A DNA stretch of 37,392 nt. It comes from a virus. Its lineage: Duplodnaviria > Heunggongvirae > Uroviricota > Caudoviricetes. The stretch is from the IMG/VR virus record IMGVR_UViG_3300045996_000852, positions 128,001-165,392 of that record. One strand, given 5' to 3'. Positions 18,186 to 29,174 of the stretch are shown here, piece after piece (the first letter of the stretch is position 1; each line of letters opens with the position of its first letter). The notes under the pieces are model-generated. The model was not told the origin of the DNA. It worked only from the letters and a program-made list of their open reading frames with translations, and did no database searches. The position numbers were made by a program, and so were the translations under genes.

Positions 18186-20981
18186 ATGGCAACAAAACTA
18201 ATTTGGGGACACGACCTATACAAAGGATTTAAACTTGATAAAAACAATTTGTTAGGTGGTGCTATTGATGACATCTTACCCTTTCAGATGTTGACTCTGG
18301 AAGAAAAGACGGAAGATTGGATTCACGCTGTAGCTGATTACTACGAAACATGTGGATGGGCTAACGTGGAAAGGAAAGCCGGAAAGATTCAGAAAAACTT
18401 CTGGATGAGACAAGGTAAGCTGGACCAGTCTGATTATATCATTAACCCACAGATAAACCCTGTATCACAAGCTATAGGAATGATTGTTCCACCAGAGAGT
18501 CAATCTCCACTTGAACAATTCTATCCATTAGCTCCAAACTTTGTTGACGTACTCCGTGGTGAGTTTATCAAAAGAGATAATACATGGACTATAGAAACTA
18601 TTGACCCTGATTCTGTAAGCAAAGCTTTCAAATTCAAGGAAGAGGAATTCAGAGGTGCGTTGTATGAAATGGCAATGCTTCAGAAACAACAATCACTTGC
18701 TAAACTAGGTCTGTCAGAAGAAGTTGACCCTGAAGAGTATGAAGCTCAGATGACTTCTTATCAACAAAGACTTGAGAATATTGAACTTGAGGCAAAAAGA
18801 TTTAGAACAACTGGTGCAAAATGGGCTGATAAAGTAATTAAAATACATGATAAAAGATATAATCTTAGCGAAATTGAGCCTGATGCTTTCGAAAGTGGAC
18901 TCATATGTGATAGAGAATTTTGGCATATTGATTTATTGGATGACGACTTTAAACTAGAGTTGCTTAATCCTAAATGGTGTGACTATCACAAAGGACCAAA
19001 CGTGAAGTATGTTTCCGATGGAGACTATTTCCTTTGGTTTGATTTCATGTCTGCTGGTGATATTGTAAACAAATTCGGTAGAAGGATGACTGAAGAAGAC
19101 CTTCTTAAACTGAAAGAGGTTTACACACAGACAGCCAACATGATTTTACCCGATTATCAAAAGGCTCATCAAGGTGCTTACTATGACATGAGTAAACCTT
19201 GGAGTCAGGCAACAGACCTTAACCCTGCAATGAACGATGCATTGCTTGGTAAAGAACTTGCCTATAACTTCATGAGGTCTCCAAACTTCGACCACAATCA
19301 AGAAGTTGATATATTCAATCCTGTTTGGGGTAGAATGACTACTGGACATCCACAAATGTTCAGAGTTATGAGACTCTATTGGAGAAGTATGAGAAGAATT
19401 GGTTGGTTGAATAGAGTTCGTAGAGATGGTTCCAGAGATGAACCTAAATGGGTTGACGAAAACTATTTGGTTACCGAAGAAGCAGTTTATGATAATACAG
19501 TAAGAAAAGATAAGACCAAAGACAATCTATTATTTGGTGAACATATTGACTGGACTTGGGCTAATGAATGGAGACATGTTGTTAAGATTTCTCCAAACCA
19601 GAAGCACACATTCTGGATGAATAGTAATAACCAGCTTAACTCAATCTATATTGATGGTGGTCCGGTAATGTTCCAATTCAAAGGAAGAACTAATCCTTTT
19701 GATTCCTTACCTCCTGTTGAAGGTTGTGAGTTCTCATATATGAATGCTGGTCCTCACTCATTCATTGATAGGGTTAAGTCTCTACAGGTTATGTACAATA
19801 TCTGTATGAACAAGGTTCCTAAGAAGTTCTTGAATGACTATGGTAATAAGGTTGCTGTAGATAGAAGAATGATGTTGAATACCAACATGGATAATTACAC
19901 TGCTGGATTCGACCCTGTTGAAGACTTTGAAGATAAATTATTAAATTCTCCAATATTTGACTATTCACTAGACAGGGAAAGCCTTGCTGGAATGGGTCAA
20001 CCTGCACTTCCTACAGTTCTGAATCTTTCTACAGTTCAAGAAGCACAACTATACTTCTCACTTGGTCAACAAATCAAATGGGAAGCCGGGGAACTTATTG
20101 GTATCACCAGACAAAGAGCAGGTGGAGCTAAAACTTCTGATACTGCTACTGGTATTCAACAAGGTGTGAACTTTTCAGAAACTCAAACTGAGAAATATTT
20201 CGAACAACACTCACACTTGATGCAGAGAGTAAGACAGAGAATGCTTGATGCAACTCAGTATTACTCAACCTTTAAGGAGAGTAACAGGGATATTTATATG
20301 AATGAGGAACATGAAAATGTGTTCTTGGATATTGAGGGTATGGAAAATCTGTTAACTCACTATAATATAAACCTTGAGTCAAAAGCTAATGTAAGGGCTG
20401 CTCTTCAGAGAATATCTCAATTCTTGGTAGAAGAGAATACATTACCTATTAAAGCTTCTGCTAAGATACAAGCTATTGTGGAACAATCACTTCCGAAGCT
20501 TATGAGCTTAATTAAGCAAGGTGAACTTGAAATGGAAGGTCAAGAACAAGCTCAAAGAGATCATGATATTAATCTTGAACAAGAGAGAAGGAAAACAGTG
20601 GAAATGCAACAACAATTCCTTAAAGACCTTCAAGCTCAGAAAGATGAAGCAGCTTATCAAAGGGAAACTGATGTGGCTGAGATCAGAGCTATTTCAGGTC
20701 TTCAAACGGATGTTGACATGAACCAAACCCCTGATGCTCAAGACAATCTGAAGTTTGTCCTTCAACAACAGGAAGGTCAAAGGAAGAGTATGGATAATAG
20801 AAACAGTGACCAGCTTAAGAGACAAACAGAACTGGATAAACTTTCTGTGGAAAGAGAAACTGCTGCAATGGATTTGGCTGGTAGGAAATATGTAGCTGAT
20901 AGGAATTTTGATATAGCTAAAGAGAATAAACAAGCTGCTGATAAGAAGAAAGCAGCTACTAAGAAGAAACCTAAAAAGTAA
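18186..20981 (+). CDS. Portal protein
   Basis: 931 aa directly after terL; VLRGEFIKR, GITRQRAG, coiled-coil C terminus as in crAss-like portals. Confidence 0.9.
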   Translation: MATKLIWGHDLYKGFKLDKNNLLGGAIDDILPFQMLTLEEKTEDWIHAVADYYETCGWANVERKAGKIQKNFWMRQGKLDQSDYIINPQINPVSQAIGMIVPPESQSPLEQFYPLAPNFVDVLRGEFIKRDNTWTIETIDPDSVSKAFKFKEEEFRGALYEMAMLQKQQSLAKLGLSEEVDPEEYEAQMTSYQQRLENIELEAKRFRTTGAKWADKVIKIHDKRYNLSEIEPDAFESGLICDREFWHIDLLDDDFKLELLNPKWCDYHKGPNVKYVSDGDYFLWFDFMSAGDIVNKFGRRMTEEDLLKLKEVYTQTANMILPDYQKAHQGAYYDMSKPWSQATDLNPAMNDALLGKELAYNFMRSPNFDHNQEVDIFNPVWGRMTTGHPQMFRVMRLYWRSMRRIGWLNRVRRDGSRDEPKWVDENYLVTEEAVYDNTVRKDKTKDNLLFGEHIDWTWANEWRHVVKISPNQKHTFWMNSNNQLNSIYIDGGPVMFQFKGRTNPFDSLPPVEGCEFSYMNAGPHSFIDRVKSLQVMYNICMNKVPKKFLNDYGNKVAVDRRMMLNTNMDNYTAGFDPVEDFEDKLLNSPIFDYSLDRESLAGMGQPALPTVLNLSTVQEAQLYFSLGQQIKWEAGELIGITRQRAGGAKTSDTATGIQQGVNFSETQTEKYFEQHSHLMQRVRQRMLDATQYYSTFKESNRDIYMNEEHENVFLDIEGMENLLTHYNINLESKANVRAALQRISQFLVEENTLPIKASAKIQAIVEQSLPKLMSLIKQGELEMEGQEQAQRDHDINLEQERRKTVEMQQQFLKDLQAQKDEAAYQRETDVAEIRAISGLQTDVDMNQTPDAQDNLKFVLQQQEGQRKSMDNRNSDQLKRQTELDKLSVERETAAMDLAGRKYVADRNFDIAKENKQAADKKKAATKKKPKK

Positions 20982-21127
20982 CCGTTTCACGTGGAACATT
21001 CCTATAGTTTAGAAATTAGCTATATTATCATATTCCCGTAGGTTGGTCTATTTTCCTCTATTTTTTCTTTGGTAAATTAATTTAAAATGTTTATAATCAT
21101 ATTGTACACTTATTAAAACCAACAAAG

Positions 21128-22345
21128 ATGCAAATAACTGATATGAGTCCTGAGACCTTGGTGGACATTTTCGGCAATGGTCAAACAGAAAATGGTGGAG
21201 GAAGTCCGGGTGGATTTAAAATGGAAGAAATTAATACTGATATTTTCAATCCTAATCCTAATTCAATCACTGAAACTACAACAGTTGCAGCTAGTTCAAC
21301 TACCGAAACTACAACAATATCTTCTACTACAGAAACTACTACTCTTTTAGAGAATGCTGATATTCTTAACGCAGATAAAGAGAAGGATGAGAATGGTAAA
21401 GAAGTAGTTGAGAATCAAGAACTTACAGGTCTTTCGGACTATTTCAAGAAAAGAATTGAAGAAGGTAAGTTGGTCCCGGTAATGCAAGAGGATGAACAAG
21501 GAAATCAAGTTCCTTTCATTCCTACTACTCCTGAGGAAGTTGATGAGGTTATCAACCTGCAAATTAGCTATCAATTGGAGCAGAAGCAGAAAGAGGTAGA
21601 AGAATCGTTTTACAAATCAAAAAGTCCAGTATGGAAGGCTATCCTTCAACATGCTGAGAATATAGATACAGTTGAAGAACTGATGCCTTTCTTACAAGGT
21701 GTAAGTACTATACAAAGTGTTGCTCAAATTAATGAAACTGAGATTGACGGTGCTGAACAAATCCTCAAGATTCAGATGGCAAAAAGTGGACAGCCTCAGG
21801 AATTCATTGATGCTCAGATAGAAGCACTTAAGACTACTAATAAACTAGTAGAAACTGCACAAAAACTGAAACCTGTACTTCTTCAGGAAGAAGCTCAAAG
21901 GCTTACAAAACTTAAGCAAGAAGAAGCTGTAAAGGTTCAGAAATATAGAGAAATGGTTATCGAGATAAGAGACAATGCTTTGAAAGCAATTGAAACTCCT
22001 CTTGGTAAAGAATCTCTGAAGCCTGAAGAAAAAGCTGCAATATACGATCTTATCGCTGTTCCTGAAGAAGAAGGACAAGGATATGCAATCTATAACAAAA
22101 TAGATGACCTATTCAAAGCAAAGGATTTCGAAACATTAAGGCAACTGGCTTTATTCCTTACTCACAAAGACACTCTTGTTAAACACCTTACAACTGAAGC
22201 TGTTAACAAGAATGCTCAAGTTCTCCAAAAGAAACTGATACTCTCAACAGAAAGACAAGGTGGTGGAAAAGACCCTAATGCTGTTCAGAATCAACCAGTT
22301 ATCAGAAGAGACCAATTTAATAAGAAACCTTCCTTTGGTAGGTAA
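21128..22345 (+). CDS. Acidic scaffold-like protein between portal and capsid
   Basis: Acidic/Thr-rich N terminus, helical body, conserved position. Confidence 0.75.
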   Translation: MQITDMSPETLVDIFGNGQTENGGGSPGGFKMEEINTDIFNPNPNSITETTTVAASSTTETTTISSTTETTTLLENADILNADKEKDENGKEVVENQELTGLSDYFKKRIEEGKLVPVMQEDEQGNQVPFIPTTPEEVDEVINLQISYQLEQKQKEVEESFYKSKSPVWKAILQHAENIDTVEELMPFLQGVSTIQSVAQINETEIDGAEQILKIQMAKSGQPQEFIDAQIEALKTTNKLVETAQKLKPVLLQEEAQRLTKLKQEEAVKVQKYREMVIEIRDNALKAIETPLGKESLKPEEKAAIYDLIAVPEEEGQGYAIYNKIDDLFKAKDFETLRQLALFLTHKDTLVKHLTTEAVNKNAQVLQKKLILSTERQGGGKDPNAVQNQPVIRRDQFNKKPSFGR

Positions 22346-22375
22346 TTCAAAACGTTTTAAAACAAGTATTAATAT

Positions 22376-24070
22376 ATGCTACAGACATCAGTTTCCGGGT
22401 TAGGCACGTTGGGTCATCCGGGTATATTCATCGGTCAAAGCAGGTCATTGGGTTTGAAAAACCACGTTGACATTCCTTATGTGACTGCACTTGCCCCTGA
22501 GACTCCTCTTAACTTTGGAGTACTCGACCTGTGGGCTTTAAAGCAAAGGACAGATTCTCCTATGTTGACTATGGCAATAGACAACGCACAGGTAATCTAT
22601 ACCAATGCAGAATTTTATGAATTTGAACTTCCATCTGCTGCTGACTCTACAACTAGATTGATTTCTGGTGGTAACGGTAATGCAAAGCAGGGTCAGGATG
22701 GAGAGGAAATTCCATTTGTAATCTCAAGAAGAGACTTAGGTCCGGGTTCAATCTTCAAGTTTGACTTGACTTCAAGAATCTCTTTCACTGTTACTGACAG
22801 GCAGATTGAGCAAATGGGAGAACATTATAAGGTATGGGCTGTGTTGAACACAAATGCTCAGGTTCCTTATGTATCTCAAGCTGAGTTCACTCCAATGAGA
22901 CAGATTGTTAAAATTGCTGACATCAGAGGTCTTGACTTCTCAAGCAATAAATCAGTTTGGAACATTTCAGGTGTACCATCATTAGCAAAATATAAGAACT
23001 ATCTGTCTAACGCTATGTTACAGCAGTCTTATAGAGTAACTACTGGTGCAGTAGAATACCTGAACACAAACACAAGATTTGATGCAAAGCAAATCTCAAT
23101 GTTGGAGCAAACTTGCTTACAGTTCTACCAAATTAAAGGTATTGCTGACAACAAAGTAATTGACCTTAGAAATCCTGAGCACTACAAGAAGTATTTTGAA
23201 AGACTTCAGGAAGAAAAAGGTAAGGGTAATGGTGAAGGTGCTCTTGTAAACTTGCTTGATAGCATGGCTATTAACATGATTCAAAAGCAGAACAATGACC
23301 TGATGATTTGGTCTGACCAAGTTAACATCCTGAGAGATGGATATGATACAACTAGACTTGTTCCGGGTGTATGGTTCCAACTTGACATGGCAGGTTATAA
23401 GCACAGTTACTCAATTGATACATTCTCACTTGACACTATCACTGATGCTATTAAGGACTTTGAATTTGGTAAAGTTCCTTTGAGAGAGTTAATCTCTGAC
23501 AATGAGTATGTAGTGAAGACTGGTAGAGGTGGTCAAGAGTTATTCCACCAAGAGTTCATCAAGAAATTTAAGGAGGGTGTACCTGCTCAAATTATGAACA
23601 GTGAACATGGATGGGTAACTGGTAATGCAAACAACCTTGAAATCAAACAATCAAGAGTTGTAAGATACCAAGTTCCGGGTATTGGTTGGTTAAGAGTTGA
23701 GTGGGAGCCGGGATTTGACCCTGTAAAAGCTGACGAATTGATTAACCCTGTTCTTCAGTCTGGTTACAGATTGTCTTCTTACACTATGTTGATTGAAGAC
23801 TACAATACTTCAAAAGATAACATTGCAATCTTAAGAAAGCAAGGTTCTAAGTTGAAGATGATTGTTGAAGCTGGTGAAGAAACTCACCCACTTCTGAGAA
23901 TGAACCACACTGTTAATGGTCAAAACATTAAAGTGGTTAATGCATCAGATGAGTTGAGTGGTTACCAAGTGAAGTTTGTAGGTAGAGCAGATACAGCAGT
24001 GGTGAAAGACCCAACTAAACTGTTGAAGCTTGTTCCTAAGAACCCTAAGACAGGTATTGCAGCACTCTAA
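22376..24070 (+). CDS. Major capsid protein
   Basis: 564 aa, crAss-like position, VVKTGRGG motif, strongly biased high-expression codon usage. Confidence 0.88.
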   Translation: MLQTSVSGLGTLGHPGIFIGQSRSLGLKNHVDIPYVTALAPETPLNFGVLDLWALKQRTDSPMLTMAIDNAQVIYTNAEFYEFELPSAADSTTRLISGGNGNAKQGQDGEEIPFVISRRDLGPGSIFKFDLTSRISFTVTDRQIEQMGEHYKVWAVLNTNAQVPYVSQAEFTPMRQIVKIADIRGLDFSSNKSVWNISGVPSLAKYKNYLSNAMLQQSYRVTTGAVEYLNTNTRFDAKQISMLEQTCLQFYQIKGIADNKVIDLRNPEHYKKYFERLQEEKGKGNGEGALVNLLDSMAINMIQKQNNDLMIWSDQVNILRDGYDTTRLVPGVWFQLDMAGYKHSYSIDTFSLDTITDAIKDFEFGKVPLRELISDNEYVVKTGRGGQELFHQEFIKKFKEGVPAQIMNSEHGWVTGNANNLEIKQSRVVRYQVPGIGWLRVEWEPGFDPVKADELINPVLQSGYRLSSYTMLIEDYNTSKDNIAILRKQGSKLKMIVEAGEETHPLLRMNHTVNGQNIKVVNASDELSGYQVKFVGRADTAVVKDPTKLLKLVPKNPKTGIAAL

Positions 24071-24189
24071 TGTGCTCATGAAATAAACCAGGGAGACTCT
24101 GTAAGTCTCCCTTGGCACTAAGTAAGAACCTCCCCGTGGTAGTGCTGGATACACAACTAATCTTACAATACTAATTAAAACCAACAGAT

Positions 24190-25185
24190 ATGTCTATCAA
24201 ATTCAGAATTAGAAACATTTCAGAGAAGGCTACCAAAGAAGGTGATGCCTTTGTAAGATTTACAGGAAAAGCAGAACCATACAGTCAAGCATCGGAGAGA
24301 GATTGTGCTAAAGTAGGTGTTGATGGTGGTGGTAATCCTAGATTCGTTTTTATCACAGGTCTGAATCTTAACAAAGTAGACCAGTATAGATGGTATACTG
24401 AAGAAGAAAAAGCTGAAATCAAAAAGCAAATCAAGGAAGTTCTACCGACATTGAAAAAAACATTCGGTGAAGAAAGTCTTGATGAGACTAATAAATATTT
24501 CTGGAAAGAAAAGAGAGAAGTTAACAGGCTTGTAGTAACACATGAATCTGAAAACTTTGAATTCGATACTTCAAAACCTATTCATGCATTGTTATACTTT
24601 GCTATTTTGGCAGGTGCTTTTATTGATGTAGTTGCACCTACAAAAGAATGGGCTGAGAGAAATCAGATATTACACTATTTACACCTTGAAACAGATGATA
24701 ATCAGTTTGATGGTGAAGAAGATATAACAAGAGCAGATGCATTTGCTGCATTAACTCAGTTAAGGAAAGAAGATAGTATTGACGGTATGTTTATCCTTGC
24801 ATGGTGTTTACAATATGACACTACTTCATTTGGAGCTTACACTAAATCTACTTCTGCAAGAAACTTGGCTAACTATCATATTCAATATATTGATGGTAAG
24901 TTGAAACCTAAAGGAATCAAGAAGATTAAATTCCCTAAGACATTCCTTGAATATGCTGAAAAATGGAATAGCTCAACATTGAAAGCTAAACTGTACACTG
25001 AAGCATACATTAAAGCAGGTGAGTATTACTCATTTATTAACCAGAGAGAGAAGAAATATGTTCTTGCAAATGGTACTGTGTTAGGTAATACAATTCCTGA
25101 GGTAGTAGAAAATTTACATAAACCTAAATCCCTTCAGGATTACGAATATTTACGTGACTTGGTGGAAGCTAAATGGAAAGAATAA
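24190..25185 (+). CDS. Conserved crAss-like protein following MCP
   Basis: 331 aa, synteny with crAss-like capsid module. Confidence 0.75.
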   Translation: MSIKFRIRNISEKATKEGDAFVRFTGKAEPYSQASERDCAKVGVDGGGNPRFVFITGLNLNKVDQYRWYTEEEKAEIKKQIKEVLPTLKKTFGEESLDETNKYFWKEKREVNRLVVTHESENFEFDTSKPIHALLYFAILAGAFIDVVAPTKEWAERNQILHYLHLETDDNQFDGEEDITRADAFAALTQLRKEDSIDGMFILAWCLQYDTTSFGAYTKSTSARNLANYHIQYIDGKLKPKGIKKIKFPKTFLEYAEKWNSSTLKAKLYTEAYIKAGEYYSFINQREKKYVLANGTVLGNTIPEVVENLHKPKSLQDYEYLRDLVEAKWKE

Positions 25186-25841
25186 TGACTGTTGCAGATG
25201 TATCGCTTTCAATGAATCTAAGGTTGAATAAAGGAGATTCTCAGGACTATGATAATCTCTGGAATTATCACAAAGCGAATGCGTTCAACAAAGCAGTTAG
25301 TGATTGGGTGAGGAGACAAATAAGAGGTAAGAATCAAACTCAGGAAGGTGATGAAGAATCTACTGCAAGAGTTGATGATTTACAAGTTCTTTTAAAGCAG
25401 GATAATCTTACTATCAGAGATAAGGGAGTGTACGTGGAGAGCAATAAACTTCCAACCGATTATCTCTATTACAAGAGGCTTACACCAATTGTAAGTAAGG
25501 GTAAATGTTCAAGTATTAGAATCACTTCTGATTTGAGAGAAGAAGCAAATGTTGATAGACTTCTACCAACTTGCTCTTTTGAATTCGAAGAAACATTTCA
25601 TACACTTGTTGGTAACAAGATAAGAATATATCATAACAAAGAGTTTACTATAGAAAAGGCAGACTTGATGTACTATAGAAAACCTAAAGTTTATGATTTT
25701 GGAAAAATCAATGATACTGTCGAGTTCAAAGATGATGTATGTGAGATTCTGATAGATGAGGCTTGTAAGATTTTAGGTTCAGATATAGAAAGCTTCAATC
25801 AAAAAAATGCTGCTCAAGAAAGGGCAGAAAACAATAACTAA
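25185..25841 (+). CDS. Putative head-tail ring/adaptor protein (likely start MTVADV)
   Basis: LPTDYLYY, YYRKP, VCEILIDEA motifs; TAATG coupling at 25183-25187. Confidence 0.7.
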   Translation: MTVADVSLSMNLRLNKGDSQDYDNLWNYHKANAFNKAVSDWVRRQIRGKNQTQEGDEESTARVDDLQVLLKQDNLTIRDKGVYVESNKLPTDYLYYKRLTPIVSKGKCSSIRITSDLREEANVDRLLPTCSFEFEETFHTLVGNKIRIYHNKEFTIEKADLMYYRKPKVYDFGKINDTVEFKDDVCEILIDEACKILGSDIESFNQKNAAQERAENNN

Positions 25842-25876
25842 TTTTTTATTAATAACACAAAAATACAAACAACTGT

Positions 25877-27409
25877 ATGGAAAATTTCAGCTATCATGTT
25901 CCTGTCTACGTAGTAGATAGTGGTGTAGCAACTTCCGGTCACTCTTCTGATATGGCTGCAAAGAAGGTGGGTATATTTGCTAGAAATGGCTTCAATGTAT
26001 TCACATCTGCAAGCTCTGAGAAAGAAGTATTCTTTGCTCAGGCTCCTAATGGGGGTAAAGATTGGTACGGGTTACCTCTCACTGGAAGTCATAAATCTCC
26101 TTTCTTCAGAATTGAAGATGTGGAAGATATTTATTTATCTCTGCCTCAGAGCATTCAAAATGAAGAGTGGATTATCGGTTACAACGGTTCTCCTACTTCA
26201 AAGGGATTGATATTTGAGAAAGGTAAGGCTACTAGAGTAAAATTATATTTCCACGGAGAACCTATTTATAGATTCTTCAACGGACCTAAAGAGTATGTGA
26301 TTTCTCATACTCCTGAAGTACCTTGTACTACTCCTTGTGACACTGGTGATTGTGATGATGCAATCTCAGATGTAATCTTGGAAGCAAAGAAACTTATTGA
26401 GAAAATTAACACTCATACAGAACTTCAGAAGTTCGGTGTTAAGGCTTTCATGGTATTCGATGACTATTCCAATGAAGGTACTGGTGGTACTACAACTGCT
26501 ACTAAAGAATTCAGAATTACATTAGCTAGAACTGCTGCTGGTGCTTCAAGAGAAGCTGACATCAGACTTGCTGTAGCTGGTGTAGATGGTATAGTAACCT
26601 CAGGTGGTAACGTAACTGTTACTAAGACTGCTGGTGAAGGTACTACAACTGAAGGTGTATCTGATGACTACGTAGTAACATTGACTTCTTACGAGAAGGC
26701 TGATGCTGAAGGTGGTCTTTCAAGCAACGTTTCTTTCAACTATGCTGTACTTCCTGCTATTGAAGGTGCTTCATGGGTAGAGGTTGCTGGTTCTGAAACT
26801 GATGCTGCAACTTCTGCTTCTGCAACTCCTGTTGCTAACAGAAAAATAGGTATCAGAATCACTGCTGGATACATTGACCCTAAATTTGGTAACTGTTCTT
26901 TTGACCCTAAAGACTACTACGAGACTCAACCAGTTAAAATGGAAGTTTCACTTCTTCAAGAAGATGGTAGCAAGTGTGATGCAGCACTATGGCCTTCTGT
27001 TCTTCAAACTAAGGTTGGTAGAATAGCTAGACAAACTGGTGAATATGTAGTAAGAGAATTGCTGATGAAGCAAGGTGCTTATCTGAAACATATGAATGCA
27101 TTCTCTCTTGACCCAAGGGATAGAGAAGCATTTGACCAAAGATTGCTTGATACTGTTGATAGGAATGCTTATTACAAGCTTTACTACATCAGGTTCAAAG
27201 CTAGCTATGGTAATAGCTTCAGAAAGAATGAGCAAGAAAAGTTCACTGCTGTATTTGCAATCAAAGATACTGATTCTTCAACTAACACTGCATTCAACAC
27301 TAACATTGTTGATGTACTGGAAACTAAGACAGGTATTGTGATGCACACTAACAGCGTTCTTCCTGATGACATAACAACAACTTCAACTACTACGACTACA
27401 ACTCTGTAA
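25877..27409 (+). CDS. Auxiliary capsid/stabilisation-type virion protein with poly-Thr C terminus
   Basis: 510 aa, capsid-like codon bias, synteny, ends DITTTSTTTTTTL. Confidence 0.7.
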   Translation: MENFSYHVPVYVVDSGVATSGHSSDMAAKKVGIFARNGFNVFTSASSEKEVFFAQAPNGGKDWYGLPLTGSHKSPFFRIEDVEDIYLSLPQSIQNEEWIIGYNGSPTSKGLIFEKGKATRVKLYFHGEPIYRFFNGPKEYVISHTPEVPCTTPCDTGDCDDAISDVILEAKKLIEKINTHTELQKFGVKAFMVFDDYSNEGTGGTTTATKEFRITLARTAAGASREADIRLAVAGVDGIVTSGGNVTVTKTAGEGTTTEGVSDDYVVTLTSYEKADAEGGLSSNVSFNYAVLPAIEGASWVEVAGSETDAATSASATPVANRKIGIRITAGYIDPKFGNCSFDPKDYYETQPVKMEVSLLQEDGSKCDAALWPSVLQTKVGRIARQTGEYVVRELLMKQGAYLKHMNAFSLDPRDREAFDQRLLDTVDRNAYYKLYYIRFKASYGNSFRKNEQEKFTAVFAIKDTDSSTNTAFNTNIVDVLETKTGIVMHTNSVLPDDITTTSTTTTTTL

Positions 27410-27433
27410 TTAGTTGATTTGGATATAACCTAG

Positions 27434-27466
27434 AAAGGTGGTAGGCAGAAGTCTGCCACCTTTTTT
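27434..27466 (+). terminator. Intrinsic terminator
   Basis: aaaggtggtaggc-agaa-gtctgccacctttttt. Confidence 0.85.
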
Positions 27467-27515
27467 AATTTAAAGAATTATTTCGATTTATCAACTATTT
27501 TAAGTATTTTATATT

Positions 27516-28064
27516 GTGCTAAAGACTGAATTATCAATAGATATATCCCCTAGCTTAAATCCGAAGATACTTAGGATTTTCGATACTTCTCATTATTGTA
27601 ATCATGAGGATATTGAGAATTATATTGTTGAGATTCTTCCGGTTAATAAATCTAAATGGATAACATTCCATGTATCCAAGGGTTTTTCTTTAGCTCTTAA
27701 CTCTTCCAATTTGTTATACAGAAAGGTAGGTGATGAATCTGGATTGATTCCCCTTCCTGATGGTATTTACGAAATAAAGCAATCAATCAAGCCAAATCTT
27801 TACACTGTTCAACTGTATTATCACTTAAGAACTGTTGAATTTGATAGAAAGATTAAAACTGAAAGGGAGAAGCTTTTAAGTGGTCAATGTTCTATTTCAA
27901 GAGATGATTTCATGAAAAATAGAGATGCTCTCAGAGAAATAGAGGAATATGTTTTGGCTGCTAAATGGAAAGTGGAAGAATGTAATGAAAAGAAAGAAGG
28001 GATTGAACTTTATAAATATGCTGAAAAGCTTTTAGAAAACTATACCAATGAATGTCAATGTTAG
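27516..28064 (+). CDS. Putative tail hub/structural protein
   Basis: LPDGIYEI motif, C-terminal Cys; position after auxiliary capsid gene. Confidence 0.65.
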   Translation: MLKTELSIDISPSLNPKILRIFDTSHYCNHEDIENYIVEILPVNKSKWITFHVSKGFSLALNSSNLLYRKVGDESGLIPLPDGIYEIKQSIKPNLYTVQLYYHLRTVEFDRKIKTEREKLLSGQCSISRDDFMKNRDALREIEEYVLAAKWKVEECNEKKEGIELYKYAEKLLENYTNECQC

Positions 28065-28335
28065 TAATCTTAAATCGAAGTTTGCAAACCTCAAGTTTGA
28101 ACAATTACTAGCAGATAAGTATTTTGTAGAAACCTGTTTTTCTAAAAAGTTTGACTCTAACCCTCAAAGGGAAATTTTAAGGGATACACTTCTAAGAATC
28201 AGAACCTACACTGAAATAACAGATGTGATTGTTTGTAGAGACTGTATTGTGGTTGAGGATTGTGGTTGTCATGATATAGATGAAATCCAAGTGGAACACA
28301 TTTGTAAAACAATAATTTCAATAGTAATAGAATAA
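28048..28335 (+). CDS. Cys-rich putative structural protein
   Basis: 95 aa, coupled to neighbours. Confidence 0.65.
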   Translation: MNVNVSNLKSKFANLKFEQLLADKYFVETCFSKKFDSNPQREILRDTLLRIRTYTEITDVIVCRDCIVVEDCGCHDIDEIQVEHICKTIISIVIE

Positions 28336-29153
28336 TGCATACAATAACTATAACAAAAGTAACACTAGCTTCAACTATAGACAATGATTTCTATGTGGAG
28401 ATTGCTTGGAGGTATGGTACTTCCGGTGAGTTTACTATAGTTGCTACAAAAGCAAAGGTTGATGAGGATGGTAATTTGTATTCTCCTATTTCTATTACCT
28501 TTGATACTGAAGAGAATGAAACCATTCAAATCAGAACTATTTTTAAGAGTGAGAATACTACGTGTCCTCCTTATTATCAAGAATATACATTTGTACCTCC
28601 TACGACTACAACGACAACTACAAGTTCAACAACTACAACATCTTCGACAACTACAACCACAACCCTACCTCCTTGTAAAGAATACTTTATTGAGAACTCA
28701 GGTTTTGGTCCTAAAGACTTGTCATATACAAATTGTAACAACGAACAAGTTAATGAAGTATTAGACGGTGGAAGTCAGATAACAATATGTGCTTTGGAAG
28801 GAACTGTTGTAACAACTGCTGATATTACTGAAGAAGGTCTTTGTCCTAGTGGAAGTCCTATAACTACTACCACAACAACTACCACAAGTACTACTACGAC
28901 AACAACTATAGCTCCTACTACCACGACTACCACAACTAGTACGACAACTACTACAACACTTGGTCCTGCTGATTGTAATTTGATACAGTTTATAAATAAT
29001 ACTGGTTCAAGTAAGGAAATATTCTGGACAAGTTGTGAAGGTAACGCATTAGGTGCAACTATAGCAGCAGGTCAAACACTTACTTATTGTGTAGACCTTA
29101 ATCAACCTAGAACACTGAACGGTGTAACTGAATTTAGTCTAGGGGATTGTTAA
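28335..29153 (+). CDS. Virion surface/fibre protein with long poly-Thr linkers and two Cys-containing repeat domains
   Basis: Three Thr tracts; repeats N.G...K.h.(Y/W)T.C......h..GQ.hT.C. Confidence 0.8.
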   Translation: MHTITITKVTLASTIDNDFYVEIAWRYGTSGEFTIVATKAKVDEDGNLYSPISITFDTEENETIQIRTIFKSENTTCPPYYQEYTFVPPTTTTTTTSSTTTTSSTTTTTTLPPCKEYFIENSGFGPKDLSYTNCNNEQVNEVLDGGSQITICALEGTVVTTADITEEGLCPSGSPITTTTTTTTSTTTTTTIAPTTTTTTTSTTTTTTLGPADCNLIQFINNTGSSKEIFWTSCEGNALGATIAAGQTLTYCVDLNQPRTLNGVTEFSLGDC

Positions 29154-29174
29154 TAACTGTAATAAAAATTATTA

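Noticed and set aside
15911-24070. Introns or inteins in terL, portal or MCP
   Set aside because: ORFs are continuous, of expected size, with no intein or homing endonuclease motifs seen
28600-28958. CRISPR array or VNTR
   Set aside because: Degenerate ACN codon runs encoding poly-Thr; no repeat-spacer structure
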